DNA of 64,000 bases from Acidimicrobiia bacterium (GCA_026985095.1 JALSQW010000056.1:7144-71143), one strand, 5' to 3'. Positions 1 to 10,158 are shown, counted from the stretch's first letter. Numbers and translations: made by a program. Notes: a model not told the origin generated them from the letters alone.

Positions 1-458
1 CGGTCGCCGACGGCGACGCCGTGCGGGCGGTGACCCTCGGGAACCTCGGGACGGCATCGATGTTCTTCGGGTTCACCATGGTCTTCACGGCCATCGCCTT
101 CGCCATCGCCCGGATCCTGGGAGCGTTCCGGGTCGGAGGGAGCGGCGTTCAGGCCTCGCTCGGCAGCGGGGTGAAGGTGCTCCAGATGCCGACCGTCGGC
201 AAGGCCTTCATCGGTCTCATGGCGATGGGGATGATGATCATCCTGGCCGGGGTCGTCGGCCACGTCGTCGTCGCCACGCAGGTGAACTCGGGCAGCATGT
301 CCCTGCTCCAAGCCGAGCAGTGGGATTGGTGGCTGGAAGCTGCTCGTCGGTTCGGGGTGCAGGTCTACCTGTTCTCGATCCTCCTGGGTCTCGCCACGAT
401 CATCTACGTGGTCCGATTCCAGACCATCAGGATCCGCGAGCTCGCGCAGATCGCCTGA
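1..458 (+). CDS. Multi-pass membrane protein of unknown function, 5'-truncated by the window edge
   Basis: Frame is open from the window start to TGA at 456-458; several hydrophobic helices; followed by a strong hairpin. Confidence 0.7.
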   Translation, partial: VADGDAVRAVTLGNLGTASMFFGFTMVFTAIAFAIARILGAFRVGGSGVQASLGSGVKVLQMPTVGKAFIGLMAMGMMIILAGVVGHVVVATQVNSGSMSLLQAEQWDWWLEAARRFGVQVYLFSILLGLATIIYVVRFQTIRIRELAQIA

Positions 459-467
459 ACGGACGGA

Positions 468-503
468 GCGCTGGAGGGTCGCCGAACGGCGACCCTCCAG
501 CGC
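468..503. terminator. Perfect inverted repeat between convergent genes (probable bidirectional terminator)
   Basis: GCGCTGGAGGGTCGCCG-AA-CGGCGACCCTCCAGCGC, 17-bp arms. Confidence 0.7.
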
Positions 504-508
504 GCCCA

Positions 509-1816
509 TCAGTCGATGCGCGGGACCGTGTCGACCGTGGAGACCTCGGGCAGTCCTTGCGCTGCGCACGCCGACTTCGGCGAGGACCCCACGATCGCGT
601 CGGCGGGTTCGACGAGACGGCGCAGCAGCGCCAGGATCGGTAGGGCTGCCGCGGTGACGACCCCGGCCGTCACGTAGCCTGCCGCGAGACCCTGTCGATC
701 CGAGAGGCGTCCGAGACCGACCTGGCCGAGCACGCTGCCGCCCGATCCGATCATCGAATCGAACGACACCACGGTGGCCCGCTCGGCCGACGGGATGACC
801 TGATGCAGGTACCCCTGCTTGACCGGCGACAGGACACCGGTCGACCCCATCACCACGAGCAGCAGCCCGGTCGCCGCCCAGAACGACGAGGTGAGTCCCA
901 TCCCCACCGCGGCTGCGGCCTCGACCCCGACCGCCCACAACAGGAGCGTCGATCGCCTGCCGCAGACGCGGGTCAGTCGATCGGCGATGCCGTTGCCGAG
1001 CATCATCGCCACGGCGATGGCTCCCGCGACGGCGCCGGCCACCCACACCGCATCGGCATCCAGCAGCTCGAGCAGGTACGGCGGCCAGGCGTAGAACATC
1101 CAGGTCAGCACGCCCCCTTGGACGAACGAGACGCCCATGAGCAGCCGAACCGAGCGCCGGTCCCATCCGTGGCGGATCCCGGCGAGGGCGATCCGGCGCA
1201 TCTCCGACGGGTAGGCACCCAGCGGGATCCTGCGGGTCTCGAACCCCACGTCGTGCATCCCCGCCGCGGCCAGGGAGAACACGATCGCCAACAAGGCCGC
1301 ACGGACGACATAGGGCAGGGCCAGGGACACCTGTCCGAGGAACCCGCCGCCGACGGTCCCCACCAGCATCGCCGCCCCGGTCACGTAGCCGCCCTTGGCG
1401 AACACCGAGTCCAATGGACCGTCGAAGTCGGTCGTCGCCAAGGCATCGACGAGCCACGCCTCCACCGCCCCCGAATAGAACGTGAAGCCCAACCCGAGGA
1501 GCACCGACGCCGCGGAGAACGCGACGACGCCCGCCTCGATGTCGTAGAGCCACAGGTACAGCAGCGTGCCGGTGAACAGCACCACGATCGACGCCAGGAA
1601 CGAGATCCGCCTCCCCGAGGTGTCGGCGACGACCCCGGTCGGGATCTCGAAGAGCATCATCCCCGCCGTGAACGCCGCGTTGGCCACGAACACCTCGGTG
1701 ATCGTCAAGCCGGCCGCGAGGAGGAACAAGGTGTTGACCCCCCAGATGAGCGACGCCGACAGCGTGTAGAGGCCGGCGATGGCGAGGTACGTGCCGATGA
1801 CGCGTCGAGAGGTCAC
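509..1816 (-). CDS. MFS transporter
   Basis: 435 aa, about 12 hydrophobic segments, MFS motif-A-like 'FEIPTGVVADTSGRR'. Confidence 0.9.
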   Translation of the reverse strand: MTSRRVIGTYLAIAGLYTLSASLIWGVNTLFLLAAGLTITEVFVANAAFTAGMMLFEIPTGVVADTSGRRISFLASIVVLFTGTLLYLWLYDIEAGVVAFSAASVLLGLGFTFYSGAVEAWLVDALATTDFDGPLDSVFAKGGYVTGAAMLVGTVGGGFLGQVSLALPYVVRAALLAIVFSLAAAGMHDVGFETRRIPLGAYPSEMRRIALAGIRHGWDRRSVRLLMGVSFVQGGVLTWMFYAWPPYLLELLDADAVWVAGAVAGAIAVAMMLGNGIADRLTRVCGRRSTLLLWAVGVEAAAAVGMGLTSSFWAATGLLLVVMGSTGVLSPVKQGYLHQVIPSAERATVVSFDSMIGSGGSVLGQVGLGRLSDRQGLAAGYVTAGVVTAAALPILALLRRLVEPADAIVGSSPKSACAAQGLPEVSTVDTVPRID

Positions 1817-1978
1817 TGTCCGACCCTAGGCCGCGACGGCGCCCGGCGTCGCCGATCTGTCGGCAACGCTCCGGTCGGCCGCACAGGGCGAGGATCCGTG
1901 TGCTAGGCATGTGGGGAGCTATCGCCTCGCTGGGGCACAGAAGGAGAACCACGTATGCAGCGCACTCGAAGGAGATCC

Positions 1979-3730
1979 ATGGGACGGTTCACGACGTTGC
2001 TCGTTGCCGTCCTCATCGCCGGACTCGCCGCTCCCGTCGCCGCGGGTGCTCATGGGTCCGACGACCGCGACGAACGACCCGACCACGGCAGAGAGGAACG
2101 CGAGCGCGACATCGTCGACCTCCGGTTCCTGACGTTCTCGGACTGGCACGGTCAGATCGATCCGCTGTTCGTCTTCGGTCAAGGGACCTTCGGCGGTGCC
2201 GCCGAGCTGTCGAGCTACTTTCGCGCCGAGGAGGCGGACAACCCGAACACCTTGATCTTCACCGCAGGGGACGCCTACGGGGCCTCGCCGCCGTTGTCGA
2301 GCTTCTTCGGTGAGGAACCGGCGGTGCGTTCCATGCGCCTCATGGGGGTCGATGCCGACGGTCTCGGCAACCACAACTTCGATCGTGGGATCGCCCCCTT
2401 GCAAGGGCTCGTCGACATCGCGCGGAGTCACAGCGCCAACGAGCCGGGCGACCCCTTCGTGTACGTCTCGGCCAACCTGAAGAACCGCAGGAACCAGCTC
2501 AAGCACGTGAAGGACTTCCAGATCTTCGAGATCGATGACGTCAAGGTGGCGGTCATCGGGGTCATCAACCCGGAAGCGCCGACGCTCGTGTTCCCTGGAT
2601 CGTTCGGCGACCTCCGGATCACCGACCCGGTGAAGGCGGCCAACCGGGCCCGCCGGAAGGCCCAGCGCCGCGGCGCGGACGTGTTCGTCCTCCTCGCCCA
2701 CATGGGCGTCACCGATTTCGACGCGTCCGGGGCGCCGATCGGACCGCTCGTCGACCTGGCCAACGGCGTGCGCGGCTTCGACGTGATCGTCGGCGACCAC
2801 ACGAACGTCGAGTTCGCCGGCGAGATCAACGGCGCGTTGGTGGTCGAGAACCGGAGCAAGGGGCGCACCTACGCCCGGGTGGACGTCCAGGTGGAGGAAC
2901 GCCGCAAGCATCGGTTCCGCATCACCGACCGCTCGGCGACCTTCGTGGAGCCGGTCAGCTCGGCCGTCACCCCCGACCCGGAGATCGTGTCGTTCCTCGA
3001 GCCGCTGCGCGCTCAGCTCAACGCCATCTTGGGGACCGTGATCGGACAGTCGACGGTCTTCATCCCGAGGGCCGACGAGTGCGGGCAGTCCTCCGGCCGA
3101 ACCTGCGAATCGCTGGTCGGCGATGTGGTGACCGACGCCCTGCGTGATCGCTACGGCACGGACTTCGCCATCACCAACTCGGGCGGCCTGCGCGCCGACC
3201 TGACCTGTCCGACGACCGACGACCCGAACGACCTGTGCCCCGCTCCCGACGGCGGCGACTTCGAGATCACCGCGGGTCAGGTGCTGACCGTCCTGCCCTT
3301 CGGCAACTCGGCGGTCACCTTGTCGGTGACGGGCGACGAGCTGAAGCAGCACCTCGAGCAGGGCGTGTCGGCCATGCCCGGTGTGTCGGGCCGCTTCGCT
3401 CAGGTGTCGGGCCTCTGCTTCACCTACGACATCGATGCTCCGGTCGGCAGCAGGGTGCTCTCTGCGGTGTTCCAGAACGCGGACGGAACGTGCTCGGCCA
3501 CGGCGGTCGACCTGTCGGCGGCGAGCACCTACACCCTGGCCGAGAACGACTTCATGGCCAGCGGCGGCGACGGGTACCCGAACCTCATCTCGAGGGCGGT
3601 GACCAGGGACCTGCTCGATCAGGTCGTGTCCGACTACATCGCGGCGACCACGCCGATCACGCCGACCATCGACGGACGGATCACGTGTACCGCATCGGCG
3701 GGCGGAACCTGCCCGGCGCCGCTGCCCTAG
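1979..3730 (+). CDS. Secreted bifunctional metallophosphatase / 5'-nucleotidase
   Basis: Signal peptide; metallophosphoesterase motifs DWHG, GD, GNHNFD, AHMG, GDHT; C-terminal nucleotidase motifs 'NSGGLRA', 'VLPFGN', 'FMASGGDGY'. Start set at the ATG after GGAG (ORF track start is 1955). Confidence 0.92.
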   Translation: MGRFTTLLVAVLIAGLAAPVAAGAHGSDDRDERPDHGREERERDIVDLRFLTFSDWHGQIDPLFVFGQGTFGGAAELSSYFRAEEADNPNTLIFTAGDAYGASPPLSSFFGEEPAVRSMRLMGVDADGLGNHNFDRGIAPLQGLVDIARSHSANEPGDPFVYVSANLKNRRNQLKHVKDFQIFEIDDVKVAVIGVINPEAPTLVFPGSFGDLRITDPVKAANRARRKAQRRGADVFVLLAHMGVTDFDASGAPIGPLVDLANGVRGFDVIVGDHTNVEFAGEINGALVVENRSKGRTYARVDVQVEERRKHRFRITDRSATFVEPVSSAVTPDPEIVSFLEPLRAQLNAILGTVIGQSTVFIPRADECGQSSGRTCESLVGDVVTDALRDRYGTDFAITNSGGLRADLTCPTTDDPNDLCPAPDGGDFEITAGQVLTVLPFGNSAVTLSVTGDELKQHLEQGVSAMPGVSGRFAQVSGLCFTYDIDAPVGSRVLSAVFQNADGTCSATAVDLSAASTYTLAENDFMASGGDGYPNLISRAVTRDLLDQVVSDYIAATTPITPTIDGRITCTASAGGTCPAPLP

Positions 3731-3739
3731 CCGTCGGAT

Positions 3740-3780
3740 CGGGCGTTCGTCGCGACGGGATCGGTCGCGACGAACGCCCG
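3740..3780. terminator. Inverted repeat between convergent genes
   Basis: CGGGCGTTCGTCGCGAC-7 nt-GTCGCGACGAACGCCCG. Confidence 0.65.
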
Positions 3781-3784
3781 ACGG

Positions 3785-4297
3785 TCATTCCGAGGCCAGG
3801 TTCCGGTAGGTCGCCGCGAAGCGCAGGTAGGTGTCGACACCGTGGTCCTGGCGGGTGATCTCGGTTTCGGTGAGGTCCCGCACCGGTCTGGCGGGGATCC
3901 CGACCGCCAGCGTCCACGGTGGGATCTCCTTGCCTTCGGGGAGGATCGAGCCGGCAGCCAGCCAGGCCCCGTCACCGACCCGGGAGCCGTTGAGCACGAT
4001 GGCGCCGATGCCGATGAGGCAGTGATCGCCGACGGTGGCGCCGTGGACGATCGCGCCGTGGCCGACGGTCACCCGGCGGCCGATGGCGCACGGCACGCCC
4101 TCGTCGGCGTGGAACACGGCATTGTCCTGGAGGTTCGTCTCGTCACCGACCGAGATCGGGGCGAGTTCCGCTCGCATGACGACCCCGAACATGACGGCCG
4201 CGAGGCGGCCGATCTGGACATCGCCGTAGATGCGGGCGGTCGGCGCGACGAACGCCGTCGGGTCGATGGTGGCGGCAGGGAGGTCCATGGGTTCCAT
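3785..4297 (-). CDS. Gamma carbonic anhydrase family protein (left-handed beta-helix)
   Basis: Hexapeptide repeats; 'NLQDNAVFHAD' and 'TVGHGAIVHG' supply the three His metal ligands. Confidence 0.9.
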   Translation of the reverse strand: MEPMDLPAATIDPTAFVAPTARIYGDVQIGRLAAVMFGVVMRAELAPISVGDETNLQDNAVFHADEGVPCAIGRRVTVGHGAIVHGATVGDHCLIGIGAIVLNGSRVGDGAWLAAGSILPEGKEIPPWTLAVGIPARPVRDLTETEITRQDHGVDTYLRFAATYRNLASE

Positions 4298-4360
4298 GGG
4301 CGGTCACCGTAGCGCGATCCGGCCTCGGGTTCGCGGCGCTCTCGGCGGTACGCTGGTGCG

Positions 4361-7102
4361 ATGGACATCGACGAGATCGACGGTGCCTTCCGGGAGGCGG
4401 ACGAATCGCTCCGTGCGGACATCCGTCGGGTCGGAGCGCAACTCGGCGAGGCCCTCGTCCGTCAGCACGGCAGCGGGTTGCTGGAGCGTGTCGAGGCGGT
4501 CCGAGGGATGGCCAAGCGTGCTCGTGGCGGCGACACGGCTGCGGGGGCCGAACTCCGTGCGCTCGTCGAAGCCATGCCGGTGGGGGACACCATCCCGCTC
4601 GTGCGGGCCTTCACGACCTACTTCCGCCTCGCCAACGCCGTCGAGCAGGTCCATCGGGTGGGCGACCTGGCCGCCGAGTCCCGCACCCCGCCGATGGTCG
4701 ATGCGGTGGATCGCATCGCCGCCGCCGGGTTGCCGTCGGAGCTGATCGGGAAGATCTCGGACGAGCTCGAGCTGCGACCGGTGCTCACGGCCCATCCGAC
4801 CGAAGCGGCTCGCCGGACGCTGCAGGTGAAGCTGCGGACGATCGCCGAGCTGCTCGAGGATCGGCTCGATCCCCGCTCCACGGCCCTCGAGATCGACCGG
4901 ATCGACCGTCGGATCGCGGAGCTGATCGACGAGATCTGGGAGACCGACGAGCTCCGAGTCGAGAAGCCGACCCCCCTCGACGAGGCCCGATCGATGATCT
5001 TCTACCTGGATCAGCTGCATCGAGCGGTGATGGCCGACCTCGCCGAGGAGGTGGATCTGCAGCTCGGTCGCCTCGTTCCCAGCAGCACCGAACGTGTCGC
5101 GATCCGGTTCGGCACCTGGGTCGGCGGGGACCGTGACGGCAACCCCGCCGTCACCCCGGAGGTGACCCTCGACGTCCTGCGCCTCCAGCACCAGCACGGG
5201 ATCCGCGACCTCATCGAGGATGTCGAGTCCCTCGCCGAGGAGCTGTCGGTGTCGGCGCGGATCTGGCCGGTGTCCGACGAGCTCATCGGGTCCCTGGACC
5301 GTGACCGGGAGCTGTTGCCCGACACCTGGCGCCGTTTCCGGTCGCTCAACGCGTACGAGCCGTACCGGCTCAAGTTGGCCTACGTCCACCGCCGGCTCCA
5401 CGCCACCTCCGAGCGGATCCTCGAGGGCAGCGTCCACATCCCCGGCGTCGACTACGCAGGGCCGGGGGAGCTCTTGGCCGATCTCCGCATCGTGCAGCGG
5501 TCCCTCGACGAGCATGCCGGCGGCTTGATGGCCCGCGGGTCGGTGGCGCGGCTGATCAGGAAGGTGGAGACGTTCGGGTTCCATCTGGCCACCATGGACG
5601 TCCGTGCCCACGCCGAGCGGCACCACGAGACGCTCGTGACGCTGTACCGCCGGATCGGGGTCGACTACGGGAGCCTCGACGCCGGCCGACGGGCCGAGAT
5701 GCTGGGTCGGGATCTCGCCGGGGGGAGGCCGATCGCTCCCGCCGGCGCCGTCGGTCCGTCCTTGGGTGACACCTTCGGCACGTTCGTGGCGATCCGCGAG
5801 GCGCTCGACGCGTACGGGCCGCGGGTCATCGAGTCGTACATCGTGTCGATGACCCGTGACGTCGACGACATCTTGGCGGCGGTGGTCCTGGCCAGGGAGG
5901 CCGGCCTCGTGGACATCCCCGGCGGCGTCGCCCGCGTGGGGTTCGTTCCGCTCCTCGAGACGATCGAGGAGGTGCGACGAGCCGGCGAGTTCCTTGACCG
6001 TCTCCTGACGGTGTCGCCGTACCGGCGCTTGGTCGAGCTGCGGGACGACCTGCAGGAGGTCATGCTGGGCTACTCGGACTCCAACAAGCAAGGCGGGATC
6101 ACCACCAGCCAGTGGGAGATCTACAAGGCACAGCGGGAGCTGCGCGATGCCGCGGCTCGCCACGGGGTGACGCTGCGTCTGTTCCACGGCCGCGGTGGGA
6201 CCGTTGGCCGGGGAGGAGGGCCGACGCACGAGGCGATCCTCGCGCAGCCCTTCGGCACGATCGAGGGGGCGCTCAAGGTGACCGAGCAGGGGGAGGTCGT
6301 TTCCGACAAGTACGGGCTCCCGAAGCTGGCGAGCCGGAACCTGGAGCTCGCGGTCGCCTCGGTCCTGGAGGCGTCGCTCCTCCATCGCGAGCCGCGTCAG
6401 CCGGCGGAGGTCCTGGCGCGATGGGACGAGGCCATGGATCACATGTCCGCGGCGGCGTATCGCGCCTATCGGGGCCTGGTCGAGGATCCCGATCTGGTCG
6501 CCTATTTCCTCGCCTCGACGCCCGTGGAGGAACTGGCCGAGATGAACATCGGATCGCGTCCGTCGCGGCGCCCGGGGGGTGGCGGGGGCCTCGAGGACCT
6601 GCGGGCGATCCCCTGGGTGTTCGGGTGGACCCAGTCCCGCCAGATCGTGCCGGGGTGGTTCGGTGTCGGGACGGGATTGGAGGCCTTGGAGCGGGCAGGC
6701 GAGTGGCCGCGGGCGGTGGAGATGTGGCGCGAGTGGTCCTTCTTCCGGACGTTCCTGTCGAACGTCGAGATGACCTTGGCCAAGACCGACCTGGTGGTCG
6801 CCCGGTCCTATGTGGAGCAGCTCGTTGCGCGGTCGAGGTGGCACATCTTCGAGGCGATCGAGGACGAACATGCGCGCACGGTGGCTGCCATCGGCAGGCT
6901 CACGGGTCGCCCGCTGCTCGCCGACAACCCGATCCTCGCTCGGACCCTTCGGGTTCGGGACGCGTACCTGGACCCGATCAACCATCTCCAGGTGTCGCTG
7001 CTGGCGCGGTCGCGCAGCGGGACCGAGCCCGACCCGGAGCTGCGCCGGGCGCTGCTGTTGACCGTCAACGGTATCGCCGCCGGGATGCGGAACACGGGGT
7101 GA
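4361..7102 (+). CDS. ppc: Phosphoenolpyruvate carboxylase
   Basis: 913 aa; 'VLTAHPTE', 'WVGGDRDGNP', 'VMLGYSDSNK', 'FHGRGGTVGRGGGP', C-terminal 'GMRNTG'. Confidence 0.98.
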   Translation: MDIDEIDGAFREADESLRADIRRVGAQLGEALVRQHGSGLLERVEAVRGMAKRARGGDTAAGAELRALVEAMPVGDTIPLVRAFTTYFRLANAVEQVHRVGDLAAESRTPPMVDAVDRIAAAGLPSELIGKISDELELRPVLTAHPTEAARRTLQVKLRTIAELLEDRLDPRSTALEIDRIDRRIAELIDEIWETDELRVEKPTPLDEARSMIFYLDQLHRAVMADLAEEVDLQLGRLVPSSTERVAIRFGTWVGGDRDGNPAVTPEVTLDVLRLQHQHGIRDLIEDVESLAEELSVSARIWPVSDELIGSLDRDRELLPDTWRRFRSLNAYEPYRLKLAYVHRRLHATSERILEGSVHIPGVDYAGPGELLADLRIVQRSLDEHAGGLMARGSVARLIRKVETFGFHLATMDVRAHAERHHETLVTLYRRIGVDYGSLDAGRRAEMLGRDLAGGRPIAPAGAVGPSLGDTFGTFVAIREALDAYGPRVIESYIVSMTRDVDDILAAVVLAREAGLVDIPGGVARVGFVPLLETIEEVRRAGEFLDRLLTVSPYRRLVELRDDLQEVMLGYSDSNKQGGITTSQWEIYKAQRELRDAAARHGVTLRLFHGRGGTVGRGGGPTHEAILAQPFGTIEGALKVTEQGEVVSDKYGLPKLASRNLELAVASVLEASLLHREPRQPAEVLARWDEAMDHMSAAAYRAYRGLVEDPDLVAYFLASTPVEELAEMNIGSRPSRRPGGGGGLEDLRAIPWVFGWTQSRQIVPGWFGVGTGLEALERAGEWPRAVEMWREWSFFRTFLSNVEMTLAKTDLVVARSYVEQLVARSRWHIFEAIEDEHARTVAAIGRLTGRPLLADNPILARTLRVRDAYLDPINHLQVSLLARSRSGTEPDPELRRALLLTVNGIAAGMRNTG

Positions 7103-7198
7103 GGTGGCGGCGTGGACCGTCGGGAACCCGACGGTCCGGAATGCCGGGGGACTGTCGCGGGCTTGACAGGATCGTCATCGAAGTGAGCGGGAGGGACG

Positions 7199-8017
7199 AT
7201 GTCCTCATTGCCGGAACTGCCAGTGGATTGGGAGCCCACGCGGGCGACGTTGCACGCCTACGCCAAGGCCGTCGGGGTGCTCCCGCGGGCGTTCGCCGTG
7301 TTCCATCCGAAGTGGTGGCACATCTCCTTGAAGGTCCGGCCCGACGGTCTCGTGACCGAGCCGATGCCCCTGCCCGATGGGGGGACGGCGTTCGTGCGGA
7401 TGGATCTGCGCACCCATCGGGCCATCGTGGAATCGAGCCATGGGGACCGCGTCGAGTTCCCTCTGGACGCGGGGACGACCGCGACCGATCTGGGGGACGC
7501 CCTGGTCGCTGCCGTCGCCGAGCTCGGGCTCGCCGGTGAGGTCGATCGAGCCAAGTACGACGACGACGAGCGGCGGGTGTACGACGCGACGGCCGCGGCC
7601 GCGTACTTCGATCTCGTCCAGGTCGTCGACACCGTGTTCACCCGGCATCGCAACACCCTCGAGGGTGTGGTCGGACCGATCCAGTTGTGGCCCCATGGGT
7701 TCGATCTCGCCTTCGAGTGGTTCGGGACCCGCGTGGAGACCTACGAGGAGGACGGCGAGACGGGCGAGTACCCTTCGCAGCTCAATCTGGGCTTCTACCC
7801 GGCCGGCGACGCCTACTTCTACTCGAACCCGTGGCCCTTCGAGCGCGATCGACTGGTGGGCCGTGCGTTGCCGGCTCCGGCGCGCTGGCACACCGAGGGT
7901 TGGGAAGGCACGATCCTTCCGTATGACGAGATCCGTGCCGATCCCGATGCCACCGACACGCTCCTCGCCTTCGCCCGGGCGGTGCACGAGATCGCCGCGC
8001 CGACGCTGATGGCCTGA
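7199..8017 (+). CDS. Conserved hypothetical protein (DUF5996-like)
   Basis: 272 aa; 'TRATLH', 'WWH', 'QLWPHGFDLA', 'GFYPAG..YFYSNPWP' resemble that family; GGAGG RBS. Confidence 0.65.
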   Translation: MSSLPELPVDWEPTRATLHAYAKAVGVLPRAFAVFHPKWWHISLKVRPDGLVTEPMPLPDGGTAFVRMDLRTHRAIVESSHGDRVEFPLDAGTTATDLGDALVAAVAELGLAGEVDRAKYDDDERRVYDATAAAAYFDLVQVVDTVFTRHRNTLEGVVGPIQLWPHGFDLAFEWFGTRVETYEEDGETGEYPSQLNLGFYPAGDAYFYSNPWPFERDRLVGRALPAPARWHTEGWEGTILPYDEIRADPDATDTLLAFARAVHEIAAPTLMA

Positions 8018-8042
8018 CGCGCTGCAGCGATCGGGGGCCGGG

Positions 8043-8267
8043 TCAGGCTTCGGTCCTGAGTCGTCTGATCTCTTCGGCGATGTCCGCGGCAGCTTGCTCG
8101 AGGTCTCGTTGACGTTCCTCGAGCAGGGCCAGGATGTCGTCGGTGCTCGCCCGGTGGTGGCCGCCGCCACAGCAGCGGCCGCGATCCATGCCTCGAGGCA
8201 TGCCTCGACGCATGCCTCGACGCATGCCTCGGGTGGTTCGCCCGTCGGTGTGTTCGCTGCAACTCAC
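8043..8267 (-). CDS. Small hypothetical protein with RGM(R/P) repeats, CC motif and C-terminal coiled coil
   Basis: AAGGAG RBS then a GTG start overlapping the padR stop (GTGA); 74 aa ending 'LLEERQRDLEQAAADIAEEIRRLRTEA'. Confidence 0.65.
   Translation of the reverse strand: MSCSEHTDGRTTRGMRRGMRRGMPRGMDRGRCCGGGHHRASTDDILALLEERQRDLEQAAADIAEEIRRLRTEA
8187..8232. repeat. 12-bp tandem repeat (CATGCCTCGAcg), about 4 copies, in frame in the small protein
   Basis: Units start at 8187, 8199, 8211 and 8223. Confidence 0.85.
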
Positions 8268-8701
8268 GCTGGTGCTCCTTGTTCGTATCGGCCGATGAAG
8301 TCGGCGATGGATGTGTGGGTTCGCCTCAGTGCCTCCGCCCAGGCGTCGAGGAGATCCCGACCCTCCGGCGTCAACTCGTAGGTCCGTTTCGATCGTCCGG
8401 GGAGGTCGTGACGCCACTGGCTCGTCACGATCCCTTCTGCCTCGAGCGACCGGAGGAGGCGGTAGAGGTTGCCGATGTCGACGCCGCCTTCCGCCAAGCC
8501 GGTGGAGAGGCGATCGAGGAGGTCGTAGCCGTGGGTGGGCCCGTTGCGGATCGCCAGGAGTAGCTCCGGCTCGATCGAACGGGCCACCTTGGCGTCGACC
8601 TGCCAGGTCCCGTCGGAGGCCTTCCGCCGGAAGCGGCTGGCCCGCGGGCCGCGTCGTCGGCCTCGGTGGTGTCCACGCTGATGCATGTCCACAGCATACA
8701 T
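8264..8701 (-). CDS. PadR family transcriptional regulator
   Basis: 'GPTHGYDL', 'GNLYRLLRSLEAEGIV', 'KRTYELTPEGR'; exact start uncertain. Confidence 0.9.
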   Translation of the reverse strand: MYAVDMHQRGHHRGRRRGPRASRFRRKASDGTWQVDAKVARSIEPELLLAIRNGPTHGYDLLDRLSTGLAEGGVDIGNLYRLLRSLEAEGIVTSQWRHDLPGRSKRTYELTPEGRDLLDAWAEALRRTHTSIADFIGRYEQGAPA

Positions 8702-8717
8702 GTCATGAACATATATG
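8695..8717. promoter_or_regulatory. AT-rich imperfect palindrome, candidate PadR operator
   Basis: CATACATGT-CATGA-ACATATATG (8/9 arm match) at the padR 5' end, in the divergent region. Confidence 0.45.
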
Positions 8718-8784
8718 TGGCGAAGAAGGCCCGCCGCTCGTACCTCGCAGCATCAGGGCTCGTCGGCGGCGGTAACGTACGGGC

Positions 8785-10158
8785 ATGGAGCCGCATGCGA
8801 CGAGCCTGTGGGAGACGACCGCCGGAGCCCGGCAACGGCGTCCGGCCCTGCCCAACGACATCGCCGTGGACGTCGCGATCGTCGGTGGCGGCTACACCGG
8901 CCTGTGGACGGCGCACGCCCTCAAGACCACCGACCCCGCCTTGCGGGTGGCCCTCGTCGAAGCCGAGCACGTCGGCTTCGGCGCTTCCGGGCGCAACGGC
9001 GGCTGGGTCTCCGGCAAGCTGTCGGGCCTCGACATGCTGCTCGCCGACCCCCGCGGACGCTCCTCGGCCGTCCGGCTGCAACGGGAGATGATCGACACCG
9101 TCTCCCGTATCGGTGACGTCATCTACGACGAGGGCATCGAATGCGGCTGGGCGCACGGCGGCACGATCGTCGCCGCCACCCGACCTCCACACGTCGACCG
9201 CCTGAAGGAGACCATCGAGCTTCGACACGCGGTCGGCTTCGGTGAGGAGGACTACCGATGGCTCGACGCCACCGAGGCACGAGCGCGGCTCGGAACCTCG
9301 CGGAGCTACGGCGCCTCCTACACGCCGCACTGCGCCGCGGTGGATCCCCTGCGACTCGCCCGCGGCCTCGCCGACACGATCGAACGCCTCGGCGTGGACA
9401 TCTACGAGGGGACCGCGGCCCGCCGGATCGCTCCGGGCATGGTCCGAACGGACCACGGCGACGTCCGGGCCGAGATCGTCGTCCGGGCGACCGAGGCGTA
9501 CACGGCTCGGTTCCCGGAGCTCCGACGCGAGATGGTGCCGGTCTACTCGCTCATGATCTCCACGGCTCCCCTCGACGACGCCACCTGGTCGCAGATCGGG
9601 CTGCAGCGACGGGAGACGTTCTCCGACGGCAGGAAGCAGGTCATCTACGGTCAGCGGACCGACGACGGCCGCCTGGCGTTCGGCGGTCGGGGAGCCCCCT
9701 ACCACTACGGATCACGGATCCGACCCTCCTACGACTCGGAACCCGCGGTCTTCCGGAGCCTGCAGGAGACCCTCGGCGATCTCTTCCCGATCCTCGAGGG
9801 GGTCGAGATCGACCACCGCTGGGGTGGTCCCCTGGCCGTCACCAGAGACTGGCTGCCGACGGTCACCTTCGACCGTGACACCAAGATCGGATGGGCCGGG
9901 GGTTATGCCGGCCAGGGTGTGGCGACGGCGAACCTCGCCGGGAGGATCATGTCCGACCTGATCCTGGGGCGGGACACCGACATCACGTCGCTCCCCATCG
10001 TGGGGCATCGCTCCCGACGTTGGGAGCCCGAGCCGCTGCGCTGGCTCGGGATCAACGTCGGGTTGGCGATGAGCAAACACGTCGACCGCTCCGAAGACCG
10101 AACGGGCGAGGCCGCTCGACGCCGCAGCGCCGTGATGAAGCGGCTCATCGGTCTGTAG
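8785..10158 (+). CDS. FAD-dependent oxidoreductase (DAO/PuuB-like amine oxidase)
   Basis: 'DVAIVGGGYTGLWTA', 'GFGASGRNGGW', 'GGYAGQGV', 'RWEPEPLRW'. Confidence 0.9.
   Translation: MEPHATSLWETTAGARQRRPALPNDIAVDVAIVGGGYTGLWTAHALKTTDPALRVALVEAEHVGFGASGRNGGWVSGKLSGLDMLLADPRGRSSAVRLQREMIDTVSRIGDVIYDEGIECGWAHGGTIVAATRPPHVDRLKETIELRHAVGFGEEDYRWLDATEARARLGTSRSYGASYTPHCAAVDPLRLARGLADTIERLGVDIYEGTAARRIAPGMVRTDHGDVRAEIVVRATEAYTARFPELRREMVPVYSLMISTAPLDDATWSQIGLQRRETFSDGRKQVIYGQRTDDGRLAFGGRGAPYHYGSRIRPSYDSEPAVFRSLQETLGDLFPILEGVEIDHRWGGPLAVTRDWLPTVTFDRDTKIGWAGGYAGQGVATANLAGRIMSDLILGRDTDITSLPIVGHRSRRWEPEPLRWLGINVGLAMSKHVDRSEDRTGEAARRRSAVMKRLIGL

Noticed and set aside
468..503. Intergenic hairpins (468, 3740, 25703, 36211, 48880) as a REP or MITE family
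   Set aside because: They share no clear common sequence and sit at gene ends, consistent with individual terminators or stabilisers.
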